DNA of 55,104 nucleotides from Perkinsus olseni (Eukaryota): NCBI GenBank assembly GCA_013115125.1, contig JABANN010000189.1, positions 1 to 55,104 of the forward strand, read 5' to 3'. Shown piece by piece: positions 1 to 13,115 of this stretch (position 1 is its first letter; each line of letters starts with the position of its first letter). The notes under the pieces were generated by a model. It saw only the letters and a program-made list of their open reading frames with translations, ran no database searches and was not told where the DNA came from. The position numbers and the translations under genes were made by a program.

Positions 1-1066
1 GGACACCAGGTGTCCGACACCTCCTCGAGACCGGATTCGCGAATGCAGACCCGGGAGTAGCTAGGGTAAGGAGCACATTTTACACAGTAGATAGCTCTAG
101 CGGGCTCATAACGTGGAGGTTGTTCGGGTCACCCCGCGCGTACGTCGTGCCTCATTTATGTCTCGGCCGTTGCATCCATTTTGTTCTCTCCAAGCATACT
201 GCTGGTTTTGGTTTGAGCACGCGTCGGTTCCTTGGTGGCTTCTGTCAGAAGTCACCCGCCCGGCATACCACTAAGTAACGTGCGCTGGCGGGCTACAGTT
301 TCGCAGCTTACTCTGGTAGAAGCTACTCGGCCGCACCCGAACTGGCGCGGCTGGGCAAACTGATAATGATTGATGGAAACTCGACTAAAGCTGTGGATCT
401 TCTCGGTTGGATGAAGCGATGATGTTTTGTGAGATTTTCTTGACGGTGCTTCGAGCATGTGATTTCGGAATGGAGTGCTAAGCTGAGTATGAAATTCGTG
501 TCCGCGCACGCACGCACAAGATCCTTGCTGTGTCCTCTCCGATGGTACTTCACTTCTGTCGGCCTTTGCGAATCTTGGAGTGTGTGGCGTCCAGTATGAT
601 GTTCATTCATACACCCTCATCCGCTACTCGGCTGCTCTTTTCATCATCATAGTAGTAGTAGCATCTCCGGGAACCCCGCAGTTCTTGCTGTTCCTGACAG
701 CTACGTTGAGCTCACTGAACGTTGAGCTGTTGTTTGTCTGAATTCTCCTTTCCTGCGCTGCGTCTACCCAGACGCCACTAATGGCGGCTGACGCTTGTTC
801 GTCATTTTATCTTTCCCCTATCTCATTTTTATGTCGCCAACTTCATGCGTTCGAGTCTTCCTGGGAACATATTCATGACAACTGAATCACTCTGCGCTAC
901 TCAATCAGGTTTTATGATGTTGCGTCTCGAGGCATACCCTATCTGTGTGTGTGAGTTTAAAGTCCAACGCCAACAGTACGCCTTAGTCAGACTACCACCG
1001 ATAATACCGTATGTTCAATTAATTTCTGCAGCCCTCTTTTCCTTCTTTCCAGTCTCGTTCCACTGC

Positions 1067-4000
1067 ATGGCGGTCACCACTCCCAGCGGGGCCTCGGCTG
1101 CTGCGCGCCTGGGCGTCGTGGTCGTCTGTACCCTGGCACTGTCCTCTATTATAATAGTCTCAGAGATGCTATTCATTCAACCCTCCTCTCATCAGCTCGT
1201 TGGTAAGTCTCGCTGCCCTTCCTGCTGTCTCCATCGTTCCCTTCAGGTCATGTTGCTAATGGTTTCCTTTCGCCTGCGTCGACAGCATCGGCCACCTATG
1301 CGACGCTTCCCGCGGCAAGTGGCATACCTAGCATGGCGATGATGGGGCTGGCTGTCTCGGGAGTGTTGGCTCTCGTTGGACGAGCTAAGAGGGTGAGCTC
1401 GGGCTTTCGAACTATCTCTTCTTTATTCCCGAACGCCCCTTGGTTGTCGTCGAGCTGAACTCGAGAGAAAGTTATTGAACTCTTATTGGAGTCTAATACG
1501 AGTGTGCGTATTTTCTCGAGCTCCAGTAATTTGACAAAATTCGAGTAATAATTGGCGATGACTAATACCGATAGTGGTTCGCATTATTAATCGTCTTTCC
1601 CTTTTTCGGCTGTTTTGAACGCTCAGTCAGCACGCTGTAGTAACAGGCCTCATGAAGGGGCCCGTGCAGCACGTATCGTCCACACGAGACTCAAAATTTT
1701 CATCCGATGTTTCTCTTTCTCTCGCTTTTCGAACGGGTGTCTATTTCTTAGTGAGTGAATGCTCGTGTCATCTCTCCAGGTTGGTCGGACCGCCCGCCAA
1801 GCTGCTGCTGCTGCATCGACGCCCGCGCCCAGTGCGAGGAGGAAGAGCTCTCGTGACGTGTCCCAGCCCGGTGATGATTATGATGCTCCCAAGGAGCTTG
1901 ACGATGAGTGGGTTGCATCCAAGTTTCGCTGCTGGCCCTTTTGTCGAAGAACTATTTTGTACTTATTTCGTGAATGATAAGCTTACACAAGATATTACAA
2001 TCGTTACGAAATAGCGTTAGTTAGTGAAAATGATGATTCATGTCATCAGTTAGCAGTAACAACGTGTCAATAGATATAACTAATTTTATTTATGAAATAC
2101 CGCAATTTACCTATGTATACGATACAGTCGTGTACCACTCGCTGCGGCTATGTCTCGCTCGCCGTCTGCCGGATAGATCGCGATTGCGCTACTTTGCCGC
2201 TACTCGATTCGCTTTCAAGATACGTTGTTAGTTACGAAAGAGGTGGTATTGATTGGTATCTTAGGTCGGTCGATGAAGTAATGAATGGTGCTACTCCGAC
2301 GCTTGATAGCGTACATTCACCAGATGATATTCGGAAGATGTCAATACCACAACTTAAGGATCTTTGTGATGATACTCGACGGGTAGGTCGAAAGTCGTCT
2401 AAGATACCCTCAAGATTCACAACAATTTGTCATTTCTATTTGGAGATCGCTTTGTCCTTAGGCATCAGTAGGTTTTTTTCATGGTTTCACCCAATGAAAG
2501 GGGATGTCTAGGGATATTGTTTCCGGTTTTTATGGTATTGCAGTACCCCAAAACTGTGTTATCATCTCTTCACAACTTTCAAGATTTAGCTGCTGTGTCG
2601 ATGTGTGTGAAGTTTCTTCTTTAAAATTTGAAGATGGCAGCCAACGAGTTCTGCCATCGTAATTTTTCCTTTCTTCCTGATCCGCGATCATTCTCAGTTC
2701 CTCGTCCGGTCAGTGTCCCAAACAGGAGGTCACCTAGGATCGAACCTGGGTGTAGTGGAGCTCACCGCCGCCCTTCACAACGTGTTCAATACCCCCTATG
2801 ATAAGCTTATCTGGGATGTCAGCCATCAGGTGAGCTCGACGGCCCCCCCTATGGCCTGCTAGTTGTCCTTCGTTGCATCGGGGCGGGTCACTGGCGAATG
2901 CCTTTTGTATTCTGACGTCATTTGATTTTTCTCATGTGGTACCATTTGTCGTGATTCATTCTGCAAGGGTTTTGCACCGCTCGGGCGAATCTTCCCACTC
3001 GTTTTTCCCCATCACCGACCTCGGATACACCTCGGTTTGATGATATTTAGTGTCTCGTGAGTGATGCCTCATGATGGCGTTTCTTATGTTGACCCATGTC
3101 AGGCATACCCTCATAAGATATTCACCGGACGTCGTGATAGAATGTCTACTCTAAGACAAGGTGGAGGTCTCTCGGGCTTCACCAAGCGTACCGAGTCACC
3201 GTACGACCCCTTCGGAGCCGGTCACAGCGGCACTGCCATGTCCGCCGCCACCGGCTTCGCTGTGGCGAGGGATGTAAGGCTAGACAGTTATTGTAGTGTT
3301 GTGTGGTATCTTGTAGCCTGGCGAGTCGGTACTTTCGGACAGCATCTGGGGAGAATGTGGTATCCAGAATCTAGGTGGTCATTCTTCGAAACTGCGAACC
3401 TCGCTGAGTCGGTAATGGGTCTTGGTTGATTCATGCCAATCCCATTCAGTCAATCGTCAACTAATCCCGTGAATGTGCCGAAAGTTCTGAAAGAATATCT
3501 TTCGCTTTTCGCGTTTTTCGTGGTCGTGACTTGTACTAGCTTGATAACCCCTTGCTGCATGTTCAGCATAAGAAGCGTGTTCATGATGAGGCTGTCCAAG
3601 AAGGTCAGCAGGGTGTGCCTCCCCTGTCGCCTGAGGATGACTACACTGTGGTCTCTGTTGTTGGTGATGGTGCTATAACCGGTAATAGGGACAGCAGGGC
3701 GTCGTCTACGGTCGATTTTGCTGTCTTCCCTGTAATGTGGGCGAAATATGGTATGAATTCTGAGCGTCTTTTCGTGATGAGTTCGTAGTTAGAAGTGTCA
3801 GAAAACTTTTTCTCAGGTGGTATGGCGTACGAGGCCATGAACCATGCCGGGTGGTTGAAGTTACGAAAATTCTTGGTTATTCTTAATGACAATGGACAAG
3901 TGTCTCTCCCCACAGCTTACAACGAGGTTCATACACCGGTGAGTGCGCTGGGGTATGCTTTATCCTTGGATATTGTCTCATGGTTTTAACTCGTGGTCAA

Positions 4001-7000
4001 GCCCGTAAGTTTTTACTTCTCAAAGCTTCGTATTTGTGATGGCAGCATCGAGCACTCGGACGGAGTTGGTTACATGCGCGTCGCTCTCTCGTCGTGGTGT
4101 TGGCTACTTTCCTCGTGCCAGGTTGGAGCTTTGTCCGAGACTCTGAGCAAGATGGGAGGCATGGACTCCTCCGTCCCTGATGCGGTCTCTAAGGTACTGC
4201 CAGAAGATCTAGTGGCTTAGTACTCGGATGCGTCGTAGCTGAGAACGTTGATAGATCGCTTTCGTGTGCGCGAGGTCCCGGGTTCGATCCTAGCCGTTTG
4301 CAAATTCGAATATTGCGGTTTTTCATGGTCGGTTGTTATTGATTGAAGTGTTCATTTTCTTGGCACCTTGGTTGCCCTTCCAAGGTCTCTCAGGTCTTGT
4401 CATCACCGAGCTTTCAAGATGCCAGGAACACTCTAAAGTTGGCTGTTAAGTGAGTAGCGCGCGCCCTGATGATCGATTATCGTAGTATGCCAATCTCTCA
4501 GAGCTCTTTGTCCGCCACAGTTGGCTGACAGTCTGGGTCGCATTGAGGAGTATGGGAGGGGTCTTTTGTCAAGCTACAGCCGAGGTAGGCACAATTTTGG
4601 ACTACGGGAAGTCCCTGACTACGGGACTCGGGGACCCCGGGTACTGATAACGAATCATAATTTTTTGAAGCATCCGTCTCGAGATGTCTCCAGTTGGTTC
4701 TGGAGTGGCCGTTTGTAACGGGTGAGGACTATCTTTGTCGTCCAGGTACCATGTTCGAAGAGCTAGGGTTTTACTATGTTGGACCGGTGGATGGGCATAA
4801 CCTGGATACGCTCGTTACTGTGTTGAAGAACCTGAAGCAGTCGATGGATGAAGGAAAGATAACAAAGCCAGTGCTGCTGCATGTGAAGTAGGTTGGAAAG
4901 TATATTAGCTAAATTGCGGTGTGACAATTTCGCTCGCCCGGTGGTTGCTGTAGGACTGAGAAGGGGCACGGGTATAAGCCTGCTGAAGTGGCTCTTGATA
5001 AACTGCACGGAGTTACTCAGTTTGATGTGAAGACTGGTAGGTATCAAAAGGTCGTGGGATCGATCCCCGGCGGGTGCATTTTTCCTCATTTCCAGGTAAG
5101 AAAGAGGCTCCTAAGAAGACCGTGAAGGAAGTGAAGCCTGAGCCTGCTGCTGCTGCTGCGGCCCCGAAGAAAATGGCGTACACTGATGTATTCGCCAAAG
5201 CGTTGATAGCGGCAGCTGAGAGGGACAGTCGGATAGTTGCCATCACGGCAGCTATGCCGGGAGGTAAAAATGCTACCGGCACGACCATAACCTACTGGCT
5301 CGAAATTTATCGGGAAAAATGGAACTTTGTGCTATTGTGGATGAGCTACCGATTCAAACATTAAAAGCAATTTTCCTACATGGATTGGAGACTAGCAAGA
5401 GCGCTCGCCCGTTTGATCGATTATGTGTCAGGTACTGGCCTTCATCATTTCGAGAAGAGATTCGGCCTGGACCGTATGTTTGATGTTGGCATTTGCGAGC
5501 AGCACGCGGTGACCATGGCGGCGGGCATGGCGGCTGAGGGCCTGGTCCCCTATGCGGCGATTTACAGTAGTTTTATGCAGGTAAAGGGGTGCCACTCCAG
5601 TGGTGGTAGTGGAGAATCTTTTGTTGTTATTTTCAGAGGGCGATAGACCAGATGGTACACGATGTAGCATTGCAGAAGCTACCGGTAGGGAGGCTCTGCG
5701 ATGAGATTTTTTTCGCGCGCCACGAAATTGTGTAGGTACGATTTGTCCTTGATAGAGCCGGCTTTGTTGGTGCTGATGGTCCAACTCACCACGGCCAGTT
5801 CGACTTGGCCATGCTTGGCTGCGTTCCTGATATGAAGATATGCGCGCCTGGCGATGAGGTGGGTCTTGGGATTTATGGAGAGGATTTGACCACTTTGGGT
5901 TTCTAGTGGAACGGATCTCCTGTGGGAGAGGAAATCATCCGGGCTCTTGTGGCGTTTTTAGTCTTTTCTTGTGTCGGGGGATGTGGCAGAGTCTTTACAG
6001 TTTCTCAAGCTTAGTCCCTGTCAGCTACGTCATTACCTCGTCAATTGCTAGTATGGGTCATAAGCGTATCTTAGGTCGATGCTTGCTCATGACGATAGCG
6101 CAGTTGATGAGCACGTTGCTTTCGACCGACTTGTGTTCGTTCAGGCGGAGTTGTCGAATATGATCTACACCATGTCGAAGCTGGATGATGGTCCCAGTGC
6201 TGTTAGATTCCCCCGGGGCTCAGGAGAAGGTGAGGGCAAGGCCTTGCAACGGATATTCTTCCTATGTTGGCTCTATTTTCTCTTTCTGCAATCCCGTAGG
6301 GTTTTAGGGCTCATAAAACTTGGTTTGATGGAAATGGGGTAATACCCCAGGGGTATGATTTCTCGAGCCATGTAGATGTAGCTTGGATAAAATATTTCTG
6401 TCATTGATCGCGCATTAATAGTTATTGCTTCCATTTACTACCATCACGAAGCTTATGGTGGGTCTCAGGGAACTGGCGTGAAATTTCTCGAATTGTGAGT
6501 AGATAAATTGAGATTGAATTTATTCCTAAATTTTTTTTGATTTTTTGGCTCGATAAAATCGCAAGTCTCAGCATAACTGTTGAGGGGGTACTGGTGTACG
6601 CCTCTGACATCCTTCGTGTCGTTGCCACTCGCCTTCTCGTAGTGCGGCTTTACTCGCTAAAATCGCACGACGACAAGTTGGGTGAAATTTCCCGCTGCTG
6701 TTGCTTCAGGCGTCCCTATACCTGTAGTACCGGAGTTCTTAGAGCCGGGCAAGGGCCGCGTTGTTAAGGTAATCTCAGCTAGAGGTGTCAGAATAATATT
6801 TGGTGTCCTCGTCTCGCAGGAGTTTGACGGCAAGGAAGAGGAAGCCAGCGTCGTCCTGCTCAGTTTGGGGGCGAGGTTGAGTGAATGCAAGAAAGCCGCA
6901 CAGTGATATTAGGGGAGGGGTATCTTTTCTCTGTGTATCTTACTAGCTTCGACCTCTCAGGGCGCTATCTGAGAAATATGGTCATCATGTGACTGTGGCT

Positions 7001-7443
7001 GATGCGAGATGGATGAAGCCTCTTGACGAGTCGATGATTTGTGCGCTTGCCAAGGGACATGACGTGATGGTTACCGTCGAGGAAGGGTCTATCGGAGGCT
7101 TTGGCTCGCACGTATTGGAGTTATTGGTAGTAGAGAGGGAGAGAGTTGGGAAAGAGATGGTATGGGTGTCCCCTCAGGCGGACAAGGGCCTGCTAGGAGA
7201 CGGCAAGCTGCAGGTGGGGACGATACATATACCGGATAAGTGGTAGGAGGTCCCGGGTTCGATTCCTGGTAGAGGCATTTTTCGGCAGGTATCAAGCTGA
7301 CACTCCCGAGAATCAGCTCGAGAAGGCTGGTATCAATCCCGAAGCTATCGTGCAGAAGGTAGTATCTAGGTCGATCCATGCGCCGGGCGTGTCGAAAGAT
7401 TCTTCCCCGTCAGGCACGCAAGCTCGCAGGTGCTCACTGCTGA
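1067..7443 (+). CDS. dxs: 1-deoxy-D-xylulose-5-phosphate synthase (MEP pathway), about 22 exons, with N-terminal plastid-targeting presequence
   Basis: Spliced exons give [125 protein letters not shown] and [15 protein letters not shown] phases are consistent; stop TGA at 7441-7443. Confidence 0.96.
4226..4302 (+). pseudogene. degenerate near-full-length tRNA-like sequence (Ala/Pro-like) inside DXS intron 4194-4393
   Basis: tcgctttcgtgtgcgcgaggtcccgggttcgatcc resembles an anticodon arm, variable loop and T-arm. Acceptor and D stems pair poorly. Confidence 0.6.
5048..5083 (+). other. tRNA 3'-end fragment filling most of DXS intron 5037-5095
   Basis: aaggtc-gtggg-ATCGATC-cccgg-cgggtgca-TTTTT. 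Confidence 0.65.
7246..7282 (+). other. tRNA 3'-end fragment filling most of DXS intron 7243-7288
   Basis: ggaggtc-ccggg-TTCGATT-cctgg-tagaggca-TTTTT, with a fully paired T-stem (one G-U pair). Confidence 0.8.
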
Positions 7444-7983
7444 GCACTGATGGGTTTTCTTCGTTCGACTGAGCTTGAAGATTGTCTCTAGTTTTGCTGC
7501 TTCACTTCTCCGTACCGTAGTCGTCGTAGTACCCTAGCCATGCTACTGATAGTAGTGGCAATTATACAGTGTTTTATCATAATAACAGTTTCGTGTGTGG
7601 TGAGGGGGTTGTAGCGTTAGTGGCCATGAAGTGAAGCTCGGGCGAACCTGAGTCCGTCATCCGGAAGACGCCCAAATGCCGGAAGAGACGGTTGCAGGCG
7701 GATGCGGACCGGGTCGGATACGACTTTTTTCGGTAAAGAATATTCCCTCCGGGCGATTGGGGGATATTATATTAATTGGGTTGGAATTATCAAAATCGAT
7801 CATCGGTGTAGCGCGGCGGGTTGGGTGTGGTAAGATGGCGGGCCAAACCTGGGCGTATCTTAATTAGTGGTGGAACAGGGAAAACTCGCCTTCTTTCTGT
7901 GTTGGCAATCAACAGGAGTACCTTATTTCTGGTGAGTTGGTTTTTATCGGTGTTCCCCCTGGGCTCCTCACATCAGCATAATC

Positions 7984-10900
7984 ATGACATCACAGCTGCC
8001 AGCGGACGAGCAGAGGATAAGGGCATTGGTAGTGTGGGGAGAGGGGCTCTCAGAGGGGCATGGCCGGAGTGTCTTACTGTTCGTTTGGTTGACGCACTTC
8101 TCGAGCTCTGTCGGATCGTATTGGCTCCAGTAACCATCGCACAGCAGAACAGTGGCTCCTATGCCTGGGGGTCGTGTTGTTGCTGCCAGCTACGACCTGG
8201 ATGTACTCCTGATAGACTGGAGACACCGCGAACAGACCTTTCTGGTTTTTCATTTCCGTCGCGGTTCTCGTACTGCTGTTCATCATTTTCAACTTCTCCG
8301 AGGTCTAGGCGTGGTAGGGTGGTGAGAATCTTAGCATCTCGGGCGAAATCTGGTAGTTTAGAGAACTGGGGGACATGCTCGACAGGGCTTCCAGTAACTG
8401 GGATGTTGGAGGATGGTTTCGTGACGCTTCTGATTGTGTTTTTGTAGATCGTTAAAGTTGGCGAAGAGAAAAAGAAGATTCCCGGCAACTTGAAGGGTTT
8501 GTCGATCGGTCTGGAAGAGGATATAGTGCCGCATAAGCAGGTCATGCAGGATACTGTGATGGAATGGTACAATGGGGAGAGTAGTGGTTGCGCTTGCGTA
8601 AGGTCTTGGGTTCGAACCGCGGGAGGGATTCGTTCTTTTTCCCGTGCATCTTGAGCGCTCCGACAGGTATTTAGCGTAGCAACAGTACTACGCGTGACAG
8701 GAGGTTGCTTTCTGGGGATGGAAAATCCTCGACAAGGGTTGCTTTCTCGAAATCGATCACATGAGTATCTTTTCAGCGTAACCTACCTCCCCCAGAAGAC
8801 CGCAGTGTATGCTGCCTGGCTCGGCCTGCTAGTTCGTCCCCACCGCGTCTTCGTCACAGAGTTGGTGGATCGGGCAGCGGAGCTCCTCGGGGACTGCTCG
8901 AGTGTGCTGGCGATGAAAATCCTCATGCGGTTTCTGGTAGAGTTGGCCAACTGTCGCTGTGTCCTCTTCGACTCGGTCCTGGCTGTGATTCAAGAACTGG
9001 TGCAATTGCGCAACTCCGAGGAGGTTCACAACAAGGAGATGCCGGTGTACGCGGCCCTCCACGGACTGCTGGTCATAAGCCCGGCTCTCTACAAGGATAA
9101 TAGAGAGGCTGTTGACGCTATTATTGGTGTAGCACAGGAGATGAAGGAGGGCCGGGCCGAGCGTCGATCGAAATTGGCGTCCTGCGTGGCAGCGTCGTCG
9201 GAGTTCGTGCAAGAGGATGACTTCGACCGCCTGGTGGAGGCGGTGGTGTCGATGAGAGATCAAGTTTGGACGGCGGAGGAATCTAAGGAGAGCCCGGTCC
9301 TCCTAAGGCCGTACGAGATGGCTGGTCTGGCTCCCAAGTTGGCGGTCAATCAACCTGAGCACATGCTAGAGGTGCCGACTATTGAATGGAGATTAGATAG
9401 ACTTGGTAGTAGGGCCGGAGTCGATCGTTTACGATAGAGCAGTGGAATGGGAGCTTGTGTGGGTTCAATGTTGTTAGCAAGTCATCGCTCATGATGGTGA
9501 CGAGAAATATATCTGCTGGTGTTCTTTATTACAACGTGCGTGAAGCACGGAATTTTTCACCCATTATTGGACTATGTAGTATCAGTGGAGTTCCGGCGGC
9601 GATATGAGGAACTCTGATCGACGCTGAGTTCGGGTTCATCGCCCTTTTCGCGGTTTTCACTTTGCAAAAAATGACGGGTGTGATTAGGAGTGGTTTTTTG
9701 GAGGGTAAACAACGATAGTAATAGTGTTCCCGAAACGCGGCCTAGTGGAGGGCAGCAGCTCTCTCTTGTTCCCAACTGCCGCTTTTCTAGGATTGTACAG
9801 TTCGCATGTGTTTTCCGCAGATGCCCTCCCGCGATGTTTTCCCTTCCGTATTCCCCTTACTTCGGGTAAGCGAGAAGATACTGACGGCGATGCAGCAGTG
9901 GTCACTGAGGATGGGACCCTGAAGCGGCTATCGAAGCACGACAGCTATATTTTGGATACTCTGTTCGATGAGATCATGACGGCTTTCGATAAACGTAAGT
10001 GACCATCATCGAAGTCGGTCTGTCTCCCGACTCTTCTCGCATTCGGCGAACGTGTGGTTGTGATTCGCTACGCCCCCATAAAGGGCGTTGAAGCGAAGAC
10101 TTGGATTTTCTAATGCGTAGGAATCGATCGAGAACTGTTCCAAAATGACGCATATGTTTATCCTTCTTCAGACGTCGGAGAGTGTGCCAAACAGTTGCTG
10201 AAGATCCCAACGCTATCGGAGGATTTCCTACCCCGCCTGGTGGACAGTATGTTCAACCGTTTGGTGCGGCCCTGCCCGATGGACCGCATCCAAGAGGTGA
10301 TGAGGGGGGGGGGAGCCGTCTAATGATATGAAGTGATGACATAAGCGGGTTATGGAAATGCGTTTCCAAACGCGTTCATACCAAATCTTTCCGAACACGC
10401 AGAAGTATAAGTGAAGAGGCAGTGTACCACACACCGATCAACAGTAGAGTGAATGCAACCCTGAGACAACCATTTTGGATGTACGTGGAATGTAGCAGCA
10501 GCCCCGGTCTCTTTTCTTCTAACTCGATCCTGAATGAGGAATAATCCGTGGTCTCGATGATGCTTTCATCGACCGACTTCATCCTTCCCTCAGCCACCGA
10601 AGCCGTTCTTCACTCGTCTGATCCACAGCGTGATGGCCCTACAGTCGAGCGCCAAGCCGTTGATTGAAGACGCCTTCAAGTTGCTGATATCTGGACCGAA
10701 GCCTTTAGTGGACACAAGTGCTGATATCAGAACCCAAATGGTCGGCAACAGTCGCAGCTTCGCTCCGCTAATGATTTTTGTGCTTCTTCGCCTTCAGGCC
10801 CTCGCAGATTTCTTCGCTATCCATCTCATTAACACGGAGTACAAATGGGAGTTCGATGTCGATCCAAGTGGGTGGTGGTGATGGGGGGCTCCATCGGCAT

Positions 10901-13023
10901 AGAACTTCACCTTCTCGACTCACTTCGACCAGCGGCCTCTTCCGAATGCCAGTGAAGCCACACGATTGACGATATCTTATCGTGTGGCCTTTGCGTGTTA
11001 GCCACAGAATTTTCTGGTGATGTTAAAAAATTTTTTGGAAGGGGATAGGTCGTATTTCGCTCAGTCGAGTAATACTCAATTTCCCCAGCAATTTTCATTA
11101 CTGGTTCGAAGTACGCTGCGCGTTTAGCGATGAACTCCAGCGGGTGACTGGGAGGAAGTGGAAGATGGGGAATGGTTTGACTTGAGCGGTTTTCATAACT
11201 TGACTTAGTACTTTCTATTCCCTCTCGGCACCATTCACTCGGTTTATGATATCAGAGTACCACCCGTAACTTCGAATTGACACTCGGTGTTCTCTTCAGA
11301 CAGCCCTACCCGCCAGTCACCGTCCGTGATAAGTGCTGGACTGGCAGCCCTACTTCGTCTCAGCTTCCATCAGAATCTACTCGCTCACCTCCCGGAATCA
11401 GTAAGTGCCTGGCGGAAGGGCGACGTGTTTTCGCTACATGCAAAAGCTTCTGCTGCTGCTGCTGCTGCTGTTGTTGTTGCTTCTCCTGTTGTATTCTTGC
11501 GTTACAGACTGTATGCTGTGCATAATGATGATCAACCGTTTAAAAAAATTGGCAAGGTGGACTCATCATGATGCATCCGTGAATATCTCCAATTTTTGTG
11601 GAGAGCAAGCTTCGACCTAAGATTCTCCTCTTTCCCTTCTCCTCTTTCCCAGGTCCACTCTCTGATACCTCCCGAGCCTCGAGTAAACAACAAGTACGCT
11701 GAGGACCCCACCCCGCTTTACACTGAGATGACCCAACTAGTCCGAGTTAAGGATGCTGATGAGAGTGCTGTACTCGGTGAGTGTTGCAGTAGCGCTCGCC
11801 TTGGTGATCGATTTGTCCTTCACCCCAGATAAACTGTCTGGTGTGATCGCTACTGGCTCAGCAACTGCCGCCCAGGCTATTGAGGAGTTTATGTGAGATG
11901 AATGATATCGCAAATAAGATTATCATCTTTCCGTTCTGTCGTAGGTACGCCCTCCTGCAGGCTGGATCGAGGACCCCAACCCACATGACCAGAGTCTTGG
12001 AACTGCATAGTCAGGTAGGAATATTGAGAACGATCGGGGGGTCGTCCGGCCCGCGGGGGGGTAGCGATCCGACAGTTTACTACGATAGGAGTTTTCCCCT
12101 CAGCCGAGATGGGAAAAACTGATTACTTTTTGACTAGTAGTTTTGAGTTATTTTTGGTGCAGTAGGATTGTGCAGGTGCTGCCACTTACAAGGCCGGCGG
12201 ATCCGGCGGAGGCTCAGGAATATGACCTGGCTATTGCAGGGTAAGTCAGGTCACGTCACTATCGGGGCGAGTGGCGCGCGCCCGGTTGATCGATTGTTGT
12301 TCATGACAGGTCTGTCTTTGAGTTCTTCCGCTACTATCCAGTGCGATTGGCATGCACTTTCGGTGCCCTGCTGGACCAGGAGTTTGTCGCCGCTACTGCT
12401 GTGGCTGAGTATTTACTGTTGAAGGCAGAAGGGGGCCTACGGGAAGGTGAAGTAACCCCAGTCGTTGATGGTGACACGCCGCCTCCTCGATGCAGTCCTA
12501 TCGAACCACTGTGCGCTTGAAGTGCTACTCGAGCTCCTTCCGAGATGCCGTAGGAAGGCGGAATCGTTGAAGGCGACTGTCGCCAGTGAGTGGTTGGTGC
12601 CTGCGGGGCGGTGGCAGGAATATCTTTAGGCTACGAAGGCTCTGCACAGGAAGGTGACGCGACGGTCGGGGATCTTAAGACGCGGTTGGAGAGAGCGCAA
12701 CAAACGATGGTTCAGGTGAGTGGTGATGGGCTACTTCGCTCCGCCTAGATTTTGTGCTTTTTTCAGCTGTTCAACTCGGTTGTGGGTGACCTCATCGCAG
12801 CTTACAATGGGCTGGACGTTGATGAATCTTTCGATGACATGAGGCAGTGCTTGGTAGACTTGCTCCTGGACATTTGCAGGTGGGAAAGATACCCTTCGGG
12901 GGAATGGAATCTTCTTTTTCTCCCAGGACCAACCTCGACCTTCTGCCTGCTCTGCAAGCTCCAAGCTCGGATACCCCGCCAGAGATGAAGGCTGTGATGA
13001 GCAATGTTGAGATTCTCGTTTGA
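7984..13023 (+). CDS. NCBP1: nuclear cap-binding protein subunit 1 (CBP80, MIF4G repeats), multi-exon
   Basis: MTSQLPADEQRIRAL|IVKVGEEKKKIPGNLKGLS...C|VTYLPQKTAVYAAWLGLL, MKILMRFLVELAN, FFAIHLINTEYKWEF, LLRLSFHQNL and LLQAGSRTPTHM match CBP80 motifs. Stop TGA at 13021-13023. Confidence 0.88.
8574..8640 (+). other. degenerate tRNA-like fragment at the start of CBP80 intron 8567-8776
   Basis: gcgtaaggtcttggGTTCGAACCgcgggagggatt followed by a T-run. B-box intact, T-stem imperfect. Confidence 0.55.
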
Positions 13024-13115
13024 ATTCCAATCACGATTTCTCCCCATCATGCTTTGTGTTGCTCGGCAGCCGCTATAAGAGCTTCTCAGTTTTTACACCC
13101 CGTCCCCGGACTGCG

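Noticed and set aside
252-1060. Short ORFs upstream of DXS
   Set aside because: No motifs; consistent with promoter or UTR sequence.
2737-2752. Antisense T-arm-like ggatcgaacctggg
   Set aside because: It falls in the conserved DXS coding motif GSNLG, so it is coincidental.
10333-10464. Possible intronic C/D snoRNA (gtgatga ... ctga) in CBP80
   Set aside because: No terminal stem or recognisable rRNA guide, and TGATGA is very common in this sequence.
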